The position numbers and the translations under genes are program-made. The notes under the pieces are model-generated. The model saw nothing but the letters and a program-made list of their open reading frames with translations. It was not told the DNA's origin and searched no databases. This document shows, piece by piece, positions 60,545-64,000 of a DNA stretch of 64,000 nt (position 1 is the first letter of the stretch; each line of letters begins with the position of its first letter). Where the stretch lies: contig DASVMZ010000022.1 of NCBI GenBank assembly GCA_036384115.1, forward strand, positions 81,303-145,302, given 5' to 3'. The stretch is from Sphingobium sp. Its GTDB lineage: Bacteria; Pseudomonadota; Alphaproteobacteria; Sphingomonadales; Sphingomonadaceae.

Positions 60545-62163
60545 CGGGTCATGATGCTTTTCGCTACGGCTTCCGCCAGTTTGATGCCGTCGATGGCGGC
60601 GGACAGGATGCCGCCTGCATAGCCTGCACCCTCCCCGCCGGGAAACAGCCCCTCGACATTCAGGCTCTGCAAATCCTTGCCGCGCGTGATGCGGAGGGGC
60701 GAGGATGTGCGGGTCTCCACGCCGGTCATCACCACGTCGGGATGGTCATAATTGGCGATCTGCCGGCCAAAGGCGGGCAGCGCCTCCCGCATCGCCTCGA
60801 CCGCGAAAGCAGGAAGGCATTGAGCCAGATCGGTCGGCGTGACGCCTGGCTTATAAGATGGCACGACCTCGCCCAGCATTGTGGAGGGCCGTCCTGCCAT
60901 AAAGTCTCCCACCGTCTGCCCCGGCGCGGCATAGCTGGAACCGCCCGCGACATAGGCGAGGCTTTCCCAGTGGCGCTGGAACTCGATGCCCGCCAGCGGC
61001 CCGCCGGGATAGTCCCGCTCCGGCTCGATGCTGACGACCAGACCTGAATTGGCGTTGAATTCCGCACGACTATATTGGCTCATGCCGTTGGTGACGACGC
61101 GGCCCGGCTCCGACGCAGCGGCCACCACGCGGCCACCGGGACACATGCAAAAGCTGTAGACCGTACGGCCGCTGTCGCAATGATGCGCAAGGCTATAAGC
61201 TGCGGCGCCCAGCACGGGGTGCCGGGCATGTTTGCCATAGCGTGCCTCGTCCACCCATGCTTGCGGATGTTCGATACGGACCCCGATGGAAAAGGGCTTG
61301 GCCTCCATATGGACACCGCGTTCGTGCAGCATCTCGAAGGTGGGCCGGGCCGAATGGCCGATGGCGAGGACGACATGGTCGGCCTCCAGCAAACTGCCGT
61401 CGGCCATGTGCAGGCCGCGCATCGCATATTTTCCGTCAGGCAGGCGGTCCATAGCGACATCATCCACCCGCGTCTGCCAGCGATATTCGCCGCCAAGGCT
61501 TTCGATGGTCTTGCGCATGGCCTCGACCATAGTGACGAGGCGGAAGGTGCCGATATGGGGATGCGCTTCGGTGAGAATATCCGCAGGCGCGCCCGCCTTG
61601 ACGAATTCGTACAGCACCTTGCGACCGAGAAAGCGGGGATCCTTGATCCGGCAATAGAGCTTGCCATCGGAGAAGGTGCCCGCTCCGCCCTCGCCGAACT
61701 GCACATTGCTGTCGGGATTGAGTTCGGACCGGCGCCACAGGCCCCATGTATCCTTGGTCCGTTCGCGCACGACCTTGCCCCGGTCGAGGATGATCGGGCG
61801 GAATCCCATCTGCGCGAGGATCAGTCCGGCGAACAGCCCGCAGGGACCGGCGCCGACGACGACGGGCCGATGGCCCGACCATCTCTCGGGCGCATGGGCG
61901 ACGGGGTGATAGCCGGTGTCGGGGCGCGGGCGGATGTCATGGTCGCTGGCGAACCGCTCCAGCACGGCACCTTCGTCGCGCAGGTCGAGGTCGATGGAAT
62001 AGACCAGCAGGATCGCGCTCTTGCGCCGCGCATCATTGCCACGCCGGACGATCTCCCAGCCCAGCAGATCGTCGTGCGGGATGGCAAGCCGGGTGCAGAT
62101 GGCGTCGGGCATCGCCTCGTCCGCATGGTCGAGGGGCAAGGTCAGTCCTGAGAGGCGCAGCAT
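60541..62163 (-). CDS. FAD-dependent oxidoreductase (uncharacterised dehydrogenase family)
   Basis: GAGPCG, FGEGGAGTFSDGKL, FCMCPGG, GVETRTSSP, GEGAGYAGGI. Confidence 0.9.
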   Translation of the reverse strand: MLRLSGLTLPLDHADEAMPDAICTRLAIPHDDLLGWEIVRRGNDARRKSAILLVYSIDLDLRDEGAVLERFASDHDIRPRPDTGYHPVAHAPERWSGHRPVVVGAGPCGLFAGLILAQMGFRPIILDRGKVVRERTKDTWGLWRRSELNPDSNVQFGEGGAGTFSDGKLYCRIKDPRFLGRKVLYEFVKAGAPADILTEAHPHIGTFRLVTMVEAMRKTIESLGGEYRWQTRVDDVAMDRLPDGKYAMRGLHMADGSLLEADHVVLAIGHSARPTFEMLHERGVHMEAKPFSIGVRIEHPQAWVDEARYGKHARHPVLGAAAYSLAHHCDSGRTVYSFCMCPGGRVVAAASEPGRVVTNGMSQYSRAEFNANSGLVVSIEPERDYPGGPLAGIEFQRHWESLAYVAGGSSYAAPGQTVGDFMAGRPSTMLGEVVPSYKPGVTPTDLAQCLPAFAVEAMREALPAFGRQIANYDHPDVVMTGVETRTSSPLRITRGKDLQSLNVEGLFPGGEGAGYAGGILSAAIDGIKLAEAVAKSIMTR

Positions 62164-62288
62164 GGCGTGTCCCTTATCGCGGATTGGGGTTTTCGCCAAC
62201 CGGGTTGGACAGGCAAGGGATATCGGCTTGGGTGGTTTGGAGACTGGAGGCTTTGGAGTGCAGCCGCACGATATGGGCATGCGAAATG

Positions 62289-62648
62289 CTACTGGATTAC
62301 GGCCTCAATATTGTTGCCATCAGGATCCAGGATGAATGCAGCATAGTAGCGATCATTATAGTGAGGTCGGAATCCCGGAGCGCCGTTGTCGGCACCTCCA
62401 CTACCAAGAGCTATTCTATGGAATGCAATGATGGCTTCGTGGCTCGGCGCAGTGAATACGATGTGGACTTGAGTAGCGCAGTTCGGGATCTTGGCAATCC
62501 AGAAGAAGGCTTTTCCATCATTTCCATAACCTGCTGCCATATCGCCGTCAGCATAGAGGCGTTCGATACCCAGCGGTGCAAGGATTAAGTCATAAAAAGT
62601 GCGTGAACGGTCAAAATCAGTCACGGACACCGTGATGTGATCTATCAT
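62289..62648 (-). CDS. VOC/glyoxalase family protein
   Basis: MIDHITVSV, HIVF, DNGAPG, YYAAFILDPDGNNIEAV; more AT-rich than its neighbours. Confidence 0.88.
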   Translation of the reverse strand: MIDHITVSVTDFDRSRTFYDLILAPLGIERLYADGDMAAGYGNDGKAFFWIAKIPNCATQVHIVFTAPSHEAIIAFHRIALGSGGADNGAPGFRPHYNDRYYAAFILDPDGNNIEAVIQ

Positions 62649-62776
62649 CGCTCTTCATCTCCGATCGAAAGTCAGGGACGATAGTGTCTGTTTTCGAGCA
62701 ATGAAACAAGACAGGAGTATGACGCAGAGTGGCCGAAAGCCACCAGTCCCATCCTCACTCCGATACAGTGCCAGCC

Positions 62777-64000
62777 CTACTCGGCGACGACCGCACGCTC
62801 CGCTTCGTCCGTTTTCAACGGAACATCTCCCGCCAACACCGGCGGCGCGACCACGGCAGTCACCGGGAGCCGCGCCAGGACGTCGATACCTTCAACCACG
62901 TCGATCTCCTTGCCACCCGTATCGACATTGAGATCGCGAAACTTGCGCGCGGTGGAGGTCAGGCGGTTGTCCACGCTGGCGACCAGGCTGTTATAATGGG
63001 TCACAGCACTGTTCAGCCCTTTGCCGACCTTGCCCAGATGCTCGGCCACCTTGGCGATACGCTCGTAGATTTCCTTGCCCAGCACCGCGATCTGCTGGGC
63101 ATCCTTCGCCAATGCCTCGGTCCGCCAGACACTGGCCACGGTGCGCGCGATAGCGACGAGGTTGGTCGGCGTCGCGAGCAGCACGCGCCGCTGGAACGCC
63201 CATTCCCACAAATCCGAGTCAATCTCCAGCGCGGCGGACAGGAAATGTTCTCCGGGGATGAACATCACCACATAATCGGCCGCATCGCCAAAACGCGTCC
63301 AGTAATCCTTGGCGCCCAACTGCTGGGCATGAGTACGGATCGCCCCGGCATGGGACCGCATATGTCCCGCGCGCGCCGTTTCATCCTCCGCCTCCGACGC
63401 CTCCAGATAGGCGTTGAGCGAGCATTTGGCGTCGATGATGAGTTGCCGTCCGCCGGGCAGCCGCACGATCACGTCAGGCCGCAAACGCCCGTCCTCGGTG
63501 TTGACGGACACTTCCTCCCGATAATCCGCATAGGGGCTGAGGCCCGCCATTTCGAGGACGTTGCGAAGCTGCTGCTCGCCCCAGCGGCCCCGCGCCTTGG
63601 GACTGGAGCGCAGCGCATTGACCAGCCGCGCGGTCTCGTCGCGAACCTGACTCTGGCCGGTGCGGACCTGATCCACCGCCTCGCGCAGCGCGGCATAGCT
63701 GTCGACACGGTCCTTCTCGACGCGGCCCAAACCCTCCTCATAGCGTTTCAGAGTGGTCTCGACGGGAGCGAGCAGCGACTTGATCTGCGTCTCATTCTTC
63801 TCCTGCGCGACAGCGAACCGCTCGTTCGCGCGTTCGAGAAAAGCGGTCTGTGCATTTTGGAGCAGCTTGCCGCCAATCTCGCTGAACTGGGCCGACAATT
63901 GTTCGCGCGCCTGATTGAGCGCAACGATCTGCGCCTCATAGGATTCGCGCCGCGCCTCATGCTCTGCCGTCATGGCGAGCTTCTCGGCACGTGCCTGGTC
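62777..64000 (-). CDS. rmuC: DNA recombination protein RmuC (5' end outside window)
   Basis: RGRWGEQQL, LRPDVIVRLP, IDAK, VMFIPGE, ATPTNL. Confidence 0.93.
   Translation of the reverse strand, partial: DQARAEKLAMTAEHEARRESYEAQIVALNQAREQLSAQFSEIGGKLLQNAQTAFLERANERFAVAQEKNETQIKSLLAPVETTLKRYEEGLGRVEKDRVDSYAALREAVDQVRTGQSQVRDETARLVNALRSSPKARGRWGEQQLRNVLEMAGLSPYADYREEVSVNTEDGRLRPDVIVRLPGGRQLIIDAKCSLNAYLEASEAEDETARAGHMRSHAGAIRTHAQQLGAKDYWTRFGDAADYVVMFIPGEHFLSAALEIDSDLWEWAFQRRVLLATPTNLVAIARTVASVWRTEALAKDAQQIAVLGKEIYERIAKVAEHLGKVGKGLNSAVTHYNSLVASVDNRLTSTARKFRDLNVDTGGKEIDVVEGIDVLARLPVTAVVAPPVLAGDVPLKTDEAERAVVAE

Overview
High-GC alphaproteobacterial chromosomal window; gene content and order (mucR, fur, rnr, miaB-phoH-ybeY-corC, TonB receptor, cop/czc clusters) suggest a sphingomonad, which is an inference. 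It has three parts. (1) About 1-15 kb is an accessory block with AT-rich spacers. It holds a bacterial PRMT-like methyltransferase cut by the window edge, an operon of UDP-xylose synthase, processive GT2 and epimerase facing a Tat-exported GH10 enzyme, and a Fap-like secretion/amyloid module. That module has three paralogous secreted Asn/Gln-repeat proteins, a stand-alone periplasmic C39 peptidase, a FapF-like barrel and a second outer-membrane barrel, with LuxR, Crp/Fnr and OmpR regulators. This is the best candidate for an undescribed system: a protein-fibre plus xylose-glycan matrix locus in which the C39 peptidase may cleave double-glycine-like propeptides in the periplasm. (2) About 15-31 kb is a mosaic metal-resistance region: a His-tailed EamA transporter, copAB/copCD with a CnrYXH-like ECF sigma system and a recognisable promoter motif, and czc-like ICBA genes, interleaved with decayed catabolic genes. 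(3) About 31-64 kb is mostly core genes with a few accessory items: a solo HsdR_N nuclease, a Gly-rich TonB receptor, a hydrolase-P450 pair and a lipoprotein with an internal stop. I recognised no rRNA, tRNA, CRISPR array or transposase. All family assignments come from motif recognition by eye; no database search was run.
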